Positions 35,419 to 46,635 of a DNA stretch of 64,000 nt are shown here, piece by piece. Position 1 is the first letter of the stretch. Each line of letters opens with the position of its first letter. Both the position numbers and the translations under genes were made by a program. The notes under the pieces were generated by a model. That model was not told where the DNA came from and searched no databases. It saw nothing but the letters and a program-made list of their open reading frames with translations. This DNA is from Salisapilia sapeloensis CBS 127946 (Eukaryota; Protista; Oomycota): the NCBI GenBank assembly GCA_023334545.1, contig JAADVB010000019.1, positions 64,012 to 128,011 on the forward strand, written 5' to 3'.

Positions 35419-37039
35419 GGCCGTTGAGTTTTGAAAGCTAAAGTGAGAGAGAGAGTCGTGAAAAAGATTTTAGAGCTGCAGTCTGAAGTAACAGACACAT
35501 TCGTTTAAGCTGGAGTTTGTTGTAGGGAATACAAGTATCTGCTACTCTGCCGCAGTATCGTAGATGTACATAGTAAAGGTCTACGATTTGGTTTGAGTGT
35601 ATGCTAGAATCATCTAATTCTCGCTAAAGTTATGAAGAAGTTATAGGAAGCAGTCATGAAGTTCATAGAAAAAGTTATCTGGGTACGCTTGTCGGTCAAC
35701 GTGGGCCTGATGTCGTAACGTGAACGTAGTTGTTTTATTATAGGCATAATCTGCTTCGCGCCAAGAGTATTGATACATCAGTGTTGATTTGAACTACATG
35801 AAGAGATCCTTATGCTGGATAGACGTCGCGTGAATACGTTTGGCCTGTAGTGCATTCAATGTCTTCCATGCGTGTTTCTGTCCAATACAGATACGGCAAA
35901 GACTTTACCAAATGTCTCTGGATGCATGAGACTGTTACAGGGATTATCTGTCGTCTAGCATACTTCTAGTGCAGCTCAAATCACTAATGTCTTTACCAGG
36001 TCTGGAGCAATGCATATGGCACGAAAGTTACACTCCTTTAAATATTCTTGCTCTTGTCACTTGACTCTAGCATCATCTGGACTAGACCATTTAGGCGATG
36101 AAGAGTACGGGAATTTATCCACGATACTGGTAGTGCTTACAATTTATTATCGTTTCCTTCCTGCTTTCTTTGAGCTTGTGAAAAGCGTGTCGTGAGCCTA
36201 AAAATACTAGTGTCAATGTTGACCTCAGCTAGGTAGTTCTCCTGCCAACTACGATGAAAGTACAAGTCGTAGGTATAATAGTCATCGCTGTGAGCTAAGG
36301 GAATTGCAATTGGCTTTGGCAGTACTAGCTACAAACCTTTAACCTACTTCCATCGGGTTATGCTGAGCGCAGATTACAAAATTTTTACTACAGCAAACTG
36401 AAAGTCGCTTATTACTGCAGCTATCTTGCAATTATTCATGCTCGTAGCAAGTACAGTTACCCAGCAGCAAGAGCGCAGAGGGCTATTGATTTTTGGCTAA
36501 AGCAGCACGCCGAGGACGATCGTAGTGAATCCGCAAAGACTCATGGAATTCCTAGTAGCTAGTATCTGCTTGAAGTATCCACAGTAAAGTCGAAGAAACA
36601 CCATGTCATCTATATACCAGAGATAATCATCTACGCACACATCCTCTTGGAGAATGGCATTCGAAAAAGGATCTATTGAGAGAGATGAAGGATAATTGAA
36701 GATGACAAAGCAGAAAAGCAAAATATCAGCGCGAATTGAAGTTCCCAATGGATGGAGGGTCGGTAGCAAACGTGAAAGAGCGTATTGAAGGACAATAGGT
36801 GGAAACATTTATGCAAGCAAAGAGAAGAAGAACGTAATACAATGAGTCTTGATAGCATAAAAGGCACTGAGGAACAAGTAGCCTCGGATTACTTTAAATT
36901 GCTACCGTAGCAATCATTCTGGTAAGTGGCACTCTATAAAGATATCATAGTCTAGCTTTCAGTATGGTCGTGTTCCCTCTCGCAAACTAGACAAGAGAAC
37001 TCGGCTTACCAGTCGCCCTGTTCCTCCAAGAAAGATATT

Positions 37040-38669
37040 ATGCAGCGCATGTGCGCATCATGGCTGTTACTACTGCTCTCTACTTTGTTCATGCAAAGTC
37101 CAGTTGCGGAAAATCCGAATGATATTGATGATTCTGTGCACTTGGATGACTCTGCATGCTCCTTTCGGTTTCGATATTTATCGTGCGTACCATCCACGTT
37201 ATGCGGCTACTCGTTTCAATTCGGAGATGTGACTTTATCCCAGTCATGCCGTATTCTTCCTCAATTCCGCACGTTGCCTCAGCAGCTACATCTAGCTATC
37301 GCTGGCTCGGAACCAGGCACTGGCATGACCGTGTCATGGGCTACTTTTAACCATGTCAATGATTCATCGATATGGCTTGGTACGACCAAGACCGACTTGA
37401 AAGAGCAATCCGACGTATCCATTGACAGTCAGTCGTACTACTCTCAACACTCGTACTCGTTATATCAGTACCATGTGACCTTGGAAGATTTATTGCCGTC
37501 GACGACGTACTACTACAAAGTCGGCAGTGAGTCCAGGAAAGATTGGCAAAGCGCCGTCTTTTCCTTTCGAACGGCGCCTAGTAGCGCAGAAGCTGACAGA
37601 CGACCGCTTAGTATAGCGATCTATGGGGATCACGGGACGGGCGCATTGGGCCAAGTGACTACGGATTACGTGAATAGCATCAACCAAGACCTCGACCTCG
37701 TCGTCCATCTTGGTGATCTAGCATATGCCGACGATGCCTTCTTGCAACCTTATCATACGCTCGGTTTCTACTACGAGTATACGTACAACATGTGGATGAA
37801 TGACCTTACGCCTTTGATGGCGCACGTGCCGTACAGCGTCGTCGTCGGAAACCACGGTAAGATACACGTCTCCTTTGGCCATGTAGTAACGATACTGATG
37901 CGATTGTCTAGAGGCGGAATGTCACAGTCCACGCTGTCAAATCTCAAGTTTCAAGAAAGACCACTTGGGTAATTATACAGCATTCAACGCTCGTTTCCGT
38001 ATGCCATCAAAAGAAAGTGGCGGGGCCAAGAATATGTACTTTTCGTTTGACTTTCCTCCGATCCACTGGATAATGGTTTCCACAGAAACAGACTATCCAA
38101 ACGCACCAACGAACGAGTACACGTTCACACATCACAATGGCCACTTTGGCGAGCAGTTACGATGGCTGGAAAACGATTTAGCAAAGGCGGATAGTAATCG
38201 TGGCGTCGTCCCGTGGATTGTCGTTGCGATGCACCGTCCCATCTATTCCCTGACCGGTGTTGACGCGAAAGGGTTTCCATCTGGGGATTGTGCCAACGTC
38301 CAGAAGAGCTTTGAGCCGTTGTTCGTACGCTTCGGCGTCGACCTCGTTGTCGCAGGGCATGAGCATGCGTATGAACGACAACTACCTGTTGCTATGGGCC
38401 AAGTGTTTCGGCATGGAGTTAGTGATGACAATCGTCGGTATGTAGACGTCCAAGCACCCGTGTATGTCGTATCAGGGTCGGCTGGAAGCTTTGAGAAATT
38501 AGATCACGACCCAGGCAAGAAAGCAGCGTGGAATGCAGCGGCGGATTTTGACCACCTGGCGATCGGGCGCCTCGAGGTGGAAGGTCGTGACCGATTGACG
38601 TGGCGTTTGGAGAGTAGTACCGATGGACACGTGCTAGATGAGTTCGTGCTGATTAAAACACTGCAATAG
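37040..38669 (+). CDS. Secreted purple acid phosphatase paralog 2, 2 exons
   Basis: The 55-bp intron 37857-37911 splits GNH|E. Motifs GDHG, GDLAYAD, GNHE, AMHRP, GHEHAYER; same N-terminal Cys module as 17257-18771. Confidence 0.92.
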
Positions 38670-38970
38670 AAAGGAATCTTGGCTTCATCGAAATTTACAT
38701 AGCAAAAGATAAGTAGTAGGTGGATACAGAACCATCGCAACCAGAATATAAAATCAAAAAGCATAAATCCAATTCTCAAAGTGAAGGCTCAGATGCCAAG
38801 CGTTCATCTTCTCTCGATAAACTTCTTTCGCTACTATCCAGCTCTATTGCACGATCACAGAGATCACACAACATCTATCCTTTTAGCGCTAGAGATTGCC
38901 GTCTCGATAAGTTTCAGAACGCACTTGACACCAGGCGGGAAATTCAATAGCAAAACGTCATGGCTTAAGC

Positions 38971-39903
38971 TTATGGCGTAAGCATCATGTCGAACTCCTG
39001 CTGCTGCTGCTGGCGAGCGGCCTTGTCCGACTGGTGCTTTTTGTACAAGACACCGCCAACGGCAGCGCAGACACCAGCGGCGGCAGCGGCCACACCGGCA
39101 ATCACACCAGCAGACACGCCACCGGCGGAAGCAGCACCTTCGACGCCAGCCTCCACAACCGGGACGGTCACATCATCCTCGTCGGCAGAGCCACTGACGG
39201 TCGAGTTGCTACCACCCATGTCACCACCGTTGTTTCCGCCGTTCTCGCCGCCGTTCTCGTCGCCGTTGTTACCGTCGTTGTTGCCGCCCATGCCGTCACC
39301 GTTGTTACCACCGTGGCTGCCGCTTTCGTAGACGGAAGGAATGACACAGCCCCAGACACCCGTCGACACAGGCTTGCACTGGGCATCCTCCTTCAAGGAG
39401 CAAGCACCATCGTCGTCGGCACTGACGAGGTAGTCGTGGCAGTCGGCAACTGCGACAGATCCCATGGTCGGGCAGTTCCAGCCAGCTGGTTCAGGGCCTG
39501 ATCCGCTGCAGATCGGTCCGTCGATGCAGTACGTCGCGTCATGCTCGACCGAGATCTCCCAGCAGTCCATGCCAGCGTTGTAGCTCGGAGCCGGAGTAGC
39601 TTCACCCGTAGGAGCCGGGGTGGCGTCACCCGTAGGGGCGGGAGTAGCGTCATCCGTAGGTGCCGGGGTCGATTCACCGGTCGGGGACGGGGTCATGTCA
39701 CCGGACGGAGCAGGCGTCGGCTCACCAGTAGGCGCCGGGGTCATGTCGTCTGAGTCATTGTCGCCGACACCTGGGCCAGGGGCTGGCATGCTGCCGCTGA
39801 AGGAGGCGCTGCCGACGTAAGATCCGTCCATCGAGCCGCTTTCCTGAGCGTGCGTGAGGGCCACCGCCGAGGCGGCCATAAAGAGTACCGTAGAAAGCTT
39901 CAT
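38971..39903 (-). CDS. Type I membrane mucin-like protein with oomycete Cys-rich SVEHDATYC domain
   Basis: Signal peptide MKLSTVLFMAASAVALTHA; TPAPTG repeats; Cys domain CWEISVEHDATYCIDGPICSG...WGCVIP; Gly/Asn linker; transmembrane segment VIAGVAAAAAGVCAAVGGVLY followed by KKH. Confidence 0.88.
   Translation of the reverse strand: MKLSTVLFMAASAVALTHAQESGSMDGSYVGSASFSGSMPAPGPGVGDNDSDDMTPAPTGEPTPAPSGDMTPSPTGESTPAPTDDATPAPTGDATPAPTGEATPAPSYNAGMDCWEISVEHDATYCIDGPICSGSGPEPAGWNCPTMGSVAVADCHDYLVSADDDGACSLKEDAQCKPVSTGVWGCVIPSVYESGSHGGNNGDGMGGNNDGNNGDENGGENGGNNGGDMGGSNSTVSGSADEDDVTVPVVEAGVEGAASAGGVSAGVIAGVAAAAAGVCAAVGGVLYKKHQSDKAARQQQQQEFDMMLTP
39587..39747 (-). repeat. Coding tandem repeat, 24-nt unit x about 6.7 (TPAPTGDA-like octapeptide)
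   Basis: Units such as ggagccggagtagcttcacccgta / ggagccggggtggcgtcacccgta / ggggcgggagtagcgtcatccgta on the + strand. Confidence 0.9.
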
Positions 39904-39965
39904 TGTGTTAAGTCCTTGTAGGATGATCTACTACTTTTCGGAAGGTAGTGCTTGTCCACGAGAGC

Positions 39966-39983
39966 GCAAAATTGGGAATGAGC
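39966..39983 (-). promoter_or_regulatory. Oomycete INR+FPR core promoter of the mucin-like gene
   Basis: Minus strand reads GCTCATTCCCAATTTTGC, 63-80 bp upstream of ATG 39903; close to the oomycete consensus. Confidence 0.75.
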
Positions 39984-42900
39984 TCTCTGGTGGCAGTCGC
40001 GTCGCGCCAGACTTGCGATTTGTATGTGTCTGGGATCATTAAGGAAAAGTATGCTAGAGAAACGGAGCGAAAAGCGAATCGCTGGCCGTTTTCTGCGCGC
40101 GAGGGAAACAGGTGACTTTGTAGACCCAATTTTCTTCAACGTTGATATGCGAAGGAGGTAATCGATGGGCATCGAAGACGCGTGGTGCAAATGATTTTAT
40201 TTGGGCTTGGCCGCGTAGGACACTGGTACTCGATGGGACCATTTCGCTTGCCACAGCACACACGATCGAGGGGGGCGTGCAAGCTTACACTGCTGGCAAC
40301 GTGTCGTCAACAAACCAAACCGTGACTAGCATCTGCTGAACCCAAGACGTCAGCTCTAAAAACAAGGATGAAAAGGTCTAAACCAGATACGCATCAAAGA
40401 CGGCTTCGTCAACCTTATGATGTGCACCCTCTGAATTTTTATGTTTTGAAGCCTACCTCTTCGTCTTTCGTGGCGGTCTTCCTACCTGTTCGCCACGCAT
40501 GATTTATTGTCTTAAATCGGATCAAATGGGCGCATTTGTAGCAGCGCATGGACAAATCACATCCTTCCCACGGCTTCAATCTGGCTTTGGACACGCAGCA
40601 CGATCAGACTGACGCTGAATCCTTCGCCTTTGCTTCGAAAATGGACTAATGACATGCTCTTGAGATAGAGTAGCGTCGGAAAACTGTCGAGTCGTGCGAG
40701 CGCTAAAAAGTCGCTGACCTCTCGTCAGTACTTCGTTTGGCCCTAGTGGCTACATGTTCTCGTGCGTCTGGTAGGATCGCAAAGATGGGACGGTACTTAA
40801 CATCACATTCCGCCCGATCTCTGAAACGAAAATGTTCCATCTTCATCATCATCCACTATTTCTTTACCTACCAACTTTTTGTCAGATTAAAAACGCACGC
40901 TAGGAGGAAGACATTGAAAGTGCAACCATTCCCTTCACGATGCCTACGGCCGTGCGAAACTGTCCTACGGTACATGTGCAACTGATACTGGCAATCCATT
41001 TCAAGAAGGCACATCTCGTGAAATCAGCTCCAGCGACAATTCGTTGATGATTATAAACGAAGCGTAAAAATTAAGCCAAATTTATCCCTAATTCTGGTCT
41101 TTACCTATGCATGAGTGCACGTCGATACCAGAATCCACTCAGTGAATGTAGGTTGACACGTAACGGCGCAGATCCATTTTTCCAACATCGCCATGTCAAT
41201 CCGTCGCTAGTAAGGTAGTGCAGACAGGAAGATAGTAGTGCTGTCAAAATACACGTACGCTCAATTTACATTGCTTGAGTTGACTAGAAATTCTTGTATA
41301 CAATGCCGATAGGAAAGGTAGCATCAACTCTTCTCGCTATCGTCGCTACGTCCATGCCGTGCCACTAGGAACAATTTGGCATGAATTTCAATGCGTTACC
41401 AAGGATGGTTGCATTGGAAACGAAAATCTTGCGACTTGGGTTTCATCCGTATGCAAGAACTCTTGATCTTGCAAGCAACCAAATATCTAATCAGTTGGGC
41501 AGAAGAGACTTTGAGAAGACAAGGCTCGAACGAAATCACTATTGATGCCACGTCTTACGGAAAGAACAGAAGGTAGTACAGAACCGGAAAAGGAATACTT
41601 GGTGCAAGAAGCAAAGATCGTCAAATCTATGGATCACCTACATTAAATGACACAGTGTCACGCGGCGTTTACTATGGTATCCACTTTTCAACTTTTTTTT
41701 AGCTATTTAGAGTAAAAAGAAGTACACGAAGCCTTCTAGTCAGCTACAGTGCATTGTCGATGATCGATTGTGAACCTCGAGATGCTCGAAAAATCTACCC
41801 AGGTATTTGTCTGCATCCAGTGTGCATTCTATATCGATCCACGGCGATCTATCCCTTCAGCTCCGCCAACGGTACTTGCATAGATCCGTTGAACGGAACT
41901 GTTGCTGTAAAGTACGAATTAAAACCACAACTGATCACATGATCAAGAAGTCGGTGATGGCATGCTTTGAAAATACTCATACCGATCATAAACTACATCA
42001 AACGTCGCATTAGCTTCGCTTTTGTTGTGTCGGTTTGGCAATTTGAACTGCGTACAATGCTAGGAAGAGATTATCATTGCCGTGGTAACTTTGTAAATAA
42101 GCTCGTACGAATAATCAAAGTATAGACAAGCAATGAAAAAGGCTAAAACATCGATCTTGGCGATGAATACGTCGGCAGGCATCGACTACTGTATGCAATA
42201 TTTTACCACCTACACGTTCGAATTCATAGACACTTATGCCTGATGGAAGTCAGCGTAGAGAATAGCTTTTTATTCATTGCTGGACGCTTGCTCGAAGCGG
42301 TCCAAGCACGCAGGCCTTCCTGTCGGCCTGATATAAATCTCAGTAACTTTGCACGAATTCAGTCAGCGCCTTCTTTTGAACTCGTTTTCCAGATACGACG
42401 ACTCCTTTCTTCGAATCATCATGCTAAAAAGTCGTGAAATAAATGAAAGCTAGTCGACATGCTTCTTGCAGATCTTTACTTCACTCTAGCTTCTGGTCAT
42501 CCTGACGCCAGTCTGGTCTAATTTAAAGATCCTTCTACGTCAACATGGCTTTCATGCTTGCTGAAATTACGCTATAGGGAGGATCAAGATGGAAGCTTGC
42601 AGGTTTTCAAAGAGTTAAGCCTAATTACCACGGATCAGAAGCTTTTAGCGCTTGATATTGGTCGTTTCAAGAACCATTTAAGATATGCGAAATAATGCAT
42701 CAATGTGAGTGCACGTGAAAGGATATTAAATATCAATTTGAATTCACAGAAATAGATCAGCAAAGACTGGCATCAAGCATCTACATGATACCTTACGAAA
42801 GCGTTCTACCTACCATGTTCACTCCATTGCAACCCAATCCAAAGTAAATCATCATATCGGACTGCAAACAGAGATTCGACTCGCCATTCCACAAAGTGTT

Positions 42901-43054
42901 CTGATAAACACAGCGTCATTCTATAAATGTTGGGGCTACATTACTACCACAAAGGTGAACTGAAGCATTCCAACGATTGTTAATGTAGTTTCATTGTTCT
43001 TTAATTCAACTAATTTGATTGCGACGTTATTGTTTTCTTAGATAATCTCTTATT

Positions 43055-43597
43055 TTATCCCTCTTTCTTGTCCTTGATTGCCTTCATGTTTGCACTTCCA
43101 AATGCCGTGCTAGACCACAGCTTCTCAAACTCCTCCGGTGTACCACTCGAGCAGATCGTCTCGTGCTTGCCCTCGTCGTCCTTGTTCTTACGACGCCAGG
43201 TTGACTTGAGCTTCTTGCCGTCGAACTCGCGCTCGTGCACGGCCTTCAGTCGACCCGTGCTGTCCTCATACCGACGACGAACACTCTTCACTGGCTTTCC
43301 GCTGTTGTCCATGATCGACGAGCTGCTGTACGTGTAGCTCGAGTATCCGCGTCGACCATCTTCCTGCGGTTGCTTTTCGTTCTCTTTAATAGCTTGACCC
43401 TTCTTGTTCTCCATCGGCAAGTCCTTGAAAAACTCGTCGTCATTATCAAAACCATTGTCCGCGAACAAGTCGCGAGAGAAGGCGATGCCGAGCTGGTTCA
43501 TGTGCTTATGCATGTGCTCGAGGTCTTGGAGAGACGACTCGATGGCAGAGTCCCAGTGCCACCGACGCGGTCGCACGATATCCCACGGTCCGAACAT
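43055..43597 (-). CDS. Conserved oomycete small protein, myeloid-leukemia-factor (MLF)-like
   Basis: MFGPWDIVRPRRW, NDDEFFKDLP, YSSYTYSSSS, RRRYEDSTGRLKAVHERE, EEFEKLW; layout resembles the MLF domain (Ser-rich strand, RR..DS.SG, F..EW). Confidence 0.7.
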   Translation of the reverse strand: MFGPWDIVRPRRWHWDSAIESSLQDLEHMHKHMNQLGIAFSRDLFADNGFDNDDEFFKDLPMENKKGQAIKENEKQPQEDGRRGYSSYTYSSSSIMDNSGKPVKSVRRRYEDSTGRLKAVHEREFDGKKLKSTWRRKNKDDEGKHETICSSGTPEEFEKLWSSTAFGSANMKAIKDKKEG

Positions 43598-43659
43598 TTC
43601 CAATTGCGTAGGTTATAGCAGTACTTGTCTTGTGTCCTGTGTCTTGCTTGGTAGCTTTC

Positions 43660-43772
43660 CAAATCGAAACTGAGCTCCGGCGTCCTAGGCTCTCCGTCTT
43701 CAACCTGGCTTCAACGTAACTTCCAGAAAGCACTTCCAGAAGCTATCGAGCGTCGAAACGGAGCTTCTCGAA
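43660..43772 (-). promoter_or_regulatory. Promoter of the MLF-like gene: INR/FPR-like element, two CTTCAAC motifs and three TTCnnGAA heat-shock-element cores
   Basis: GCTCAGTTTCGATTTG (minus strand, 43675-43660); CTTCAAC at 43698-43704 and 43709-43715; TTCCAGAA at 43721-43728 and 43734-43741; TTCTCGAA at 43765-43772. Confidence 0.5.
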
Positions 43773-44720
43773 AAGAATCCCTCCTTCTATCGTTGCCTTT
43801 GTATCACCTCCGCAACCAATTTTCTCGACATTGAACAAATAAAATAGAAATAAAACACAGATAAAAAACAAAAGAATGAAATACAAAGTATATTAAATAC
43901 GCTTCGACGATAGATAGCTACAAGTACATGTCTATCATGGCACTGAACAATAACGAAAGTCTATACGTTATGAAACGGTACGCATTCAACCTGCTCGTGG
44001 CTTTATGCATGAAGGCAGTTAAGAATTGCAATTTCTTTATTGACAATTACTGATGTTGGTATTGGAAAGTTCCAAACCCTGAGATATATGCATTTTTAAA
44101 TGCAAGCGGCCATGGATTAATACTAGGCTACTGCTTTCGAAATCGCATGACGCAATTTGATGCTATTCGAATTGAAAAGGATTCAAGAAGGTCTTGCTAC
44201 GACCAACGGTATTGATACCAAGAATCATGCACATTTAGTATTTTCAGTGGGAATTGTCTTTTCGTGGGTATAGAACAGCATATCATTAGCAGGGAATTCA
44301 CAAGGTCGCGATGGAACTAGAAGCTCGGCTTGGATCAATGCTGCTAGCATCGCGTACCAATTCAAGAATATGATGAAGGCAACTCGAGTAAATATGCTGA
44401 CGTTTATGGCACAAATTTATTTTGATTCTTGACATTTTCGTCCTCAAATTGTACGACGGATGACGAATTCATGTCAACGCCGACACGAATACGCAGATGC
44501 TTGCTACCTCGGACTACTTTCAGTGATAGCGCGATGCCGATCTCGATTGCTTCAGTTTTAAATTTGTTTCATCCTTAGCACGACTATCATGCCGCCACTG
44601 CCATCTTATGTCGCAAGCCTGCTATGAATATACTTCGTCTCCAATTGCATCACCTCCAGAGAAAGCTTTTCCAACTCGTACATTGTTTCCATTCCGCTGA
44701 AACTGAAATTGTCGACAACG

Positions 44721-45522
44721 GAAGAAAATCGTATCTTCAAAGGCGAAGTGGTCGATGAGGGCGAGGCTACTGACGTGGTACTTTAGAAAGCGATGCTCAG
44801 ATGAGGTGAGGAAGAGGCATGTACGGGATATCTCTATTGACGCCAGATGCTGTTGTGACTGCTACACATTGTGTGCTAACAATAAGTTTCCAAGGAAAAA
44901 CTATCAGCCTGCTGCTGTGACTATCGGCTCAAAGTTTTAGGATAACTCCGACCAAAAAGGAGAAGTCATCCTTGTAGAAGAGGTGCATTTGCATGAGAAT
45001 TCTAATGCATGCACCCTTCAACACGACGTTGCTGTCTTGAGACTTAAAACCGAGGTGACAAACCCCAATAGACGCAGCTACATGCAGGTTGGAAGTCGAA
45101 GTGTAATTGATTTGAAAGTGAATAATCAGGCGAATGTCTATGGATGGGAATCCCATTGCACGGATGCAACTTTGTCGCACGAGCTCCTTCGAGGCGAAGA
45201 ATTGAAGATAATCGATGTAGACGAATGCAAATTAACTTTAAACTACTGGAAGACTTGCTGGACTTGCAAATTTAGAGTAACTGACAACCATCTCTGTGTG
45301 CGAAGCCAAAGCGACGAAGTAGGCGAAAGCGGTCCACAAATCTGCAGAGGTGATAATGGAGGACCGTTGATTCAAAATGGAAGGTTGATCAATATAGCAT
45401 CCTGGACTCCAGATGCCTGCGACGGAAGGAGAATGATGATCTACACGAAAGTTAGTGCTGTTTCGTCCTTCATACATGGAAAATCGGGACTTGGTCTGAA
45501 CGGCCCTATGGATGCTAATTAA
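44721..45522 (+). pseudogene. Degraded trypsin-like (S1) serine protease / glucanase-inhibitor-like pseudogene
   Basis: EENRIFKGEVV (activation site), EACTG, LLTPDAVVTATHCV, HDVAVLRL, VYGWE, ICRGDNGGPLI, IYTKVS lie in three frames. Stops at 44784, 44802 and 44938; two frameshifts; catalytic Ser codon is AAT (45355-45357). Confidence 0.85.
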
Positions 45523-46635
45523 CTTTCGTTGAGATTACTTTAATACTATATTAAATTCCTAAAATATCGTGTCAATGCTATACTAGCAAATGCATAGTGT
45601 TGACTCGACTATAATAGACAGCAATATCTATTCGAGAAGAGTTTCTTGTAGTGCTCACTGTAGACGGAGTTAAACATGCTGCAAGCTCTTCTTACAACTT
45701 TTTGTTCAGTGAGAACAGAATCATAATCTTCCCGATATACTTCACTAGACGCATTTGCTCGATTAAATTTATGGTTTATGGCCATTTAGACTGAAGCAAT
45801 GACTTCGTGAAGATTGATCTTACGAGGTTTGTATGTGAAGACTTTCAGTACACACTTCGACTTCGTTAAGTAGTCGTTGAAAAGAGTTTAATTTATTGTA
45901 ATAAGTTCTTAAGTTTGCTGCTCTCTGTTTGCTACTTGCTTGTATCAAATACGATTGTTTGTTGTCGACTTTTCTATCTGTACCACAGAATCAATCTGAA
46001 GTTTTTACGATCGTGATGGCATCAGCATGATTTCCGTATCATGAACCTTGTCCTTTAAATGAGTACCTCGAGTAGCATCCACGGCTCGCATTCTCCAATA
46101 ATAGATACGGTGCCAGTCTACAGCGCATCACTTCAGCATATCATTGGGAGAAAAGTACTTTGCACGGATACGTATGAAGTTGACACTTACCAACGATTCG
46201 CTTGCACTGGTTCTGATATGCTCTGAGCATTATGGATACTACATGCACCATGCATACAATTAGGCATAAATGGTGGTATCCAGCTCCTTCATTTCGGTCA
46301 AGAAATGATCGGTTCGTAGCACAAAAAGCAGTCTCTTGTACGACAGCAGGCTATCTGGTCGACTGACTAATAAACGATCTTCGACAGCTGCAAATGCTAA
46401 AAATGCTTCTTCGGGCGATAATCGTTCGCATCTACTAGAAACAGATCTATTCATCCGAATATTTTCTTCGCTCTCTGTATCCTATACAGTCTCACAGAAG
46501 TCCTATCATATACTTTTATTCTCCTTGATCGGATCGCCACGCCCGACTTGGTACAGAATCCATTTGTTTTTAACACACGGTAGTACCACGGGAGACCAGT
46601 AGCACCCACAACTCCACTTTTAATCTCAACAAGCC

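Noticed and set aside
36416-36808. Possible transposon remnants: plus-strand YSYPAARAQRAIDFW...AKTHGIPSS (HTH-like) and minus-strand YIDD (RT-like) motif
   Set aside because: The two readings are on opposite strands of the same stretch, both are short and stop-interrupted, and neither has supporting flanking motifs.
41303-41626. Fragments resembling a signal peptide (MPIGKVASTLLAIVATS) and a GNAT-like helix (LISWAEETLRRQG)
   Set aside because: Different frames, multiple stops and no consistent splice model; could be a decayed gene but cannot be supported.
46260-46481. Protein-like minus-strand frame (LSPEEAFLAFAAVEDRLL...) after a possible acceptor, head-to-head with the P450
   Set aside because: No plausible upstream exon or intron of normal size fits before the P450 promoter, and no family is recognised.
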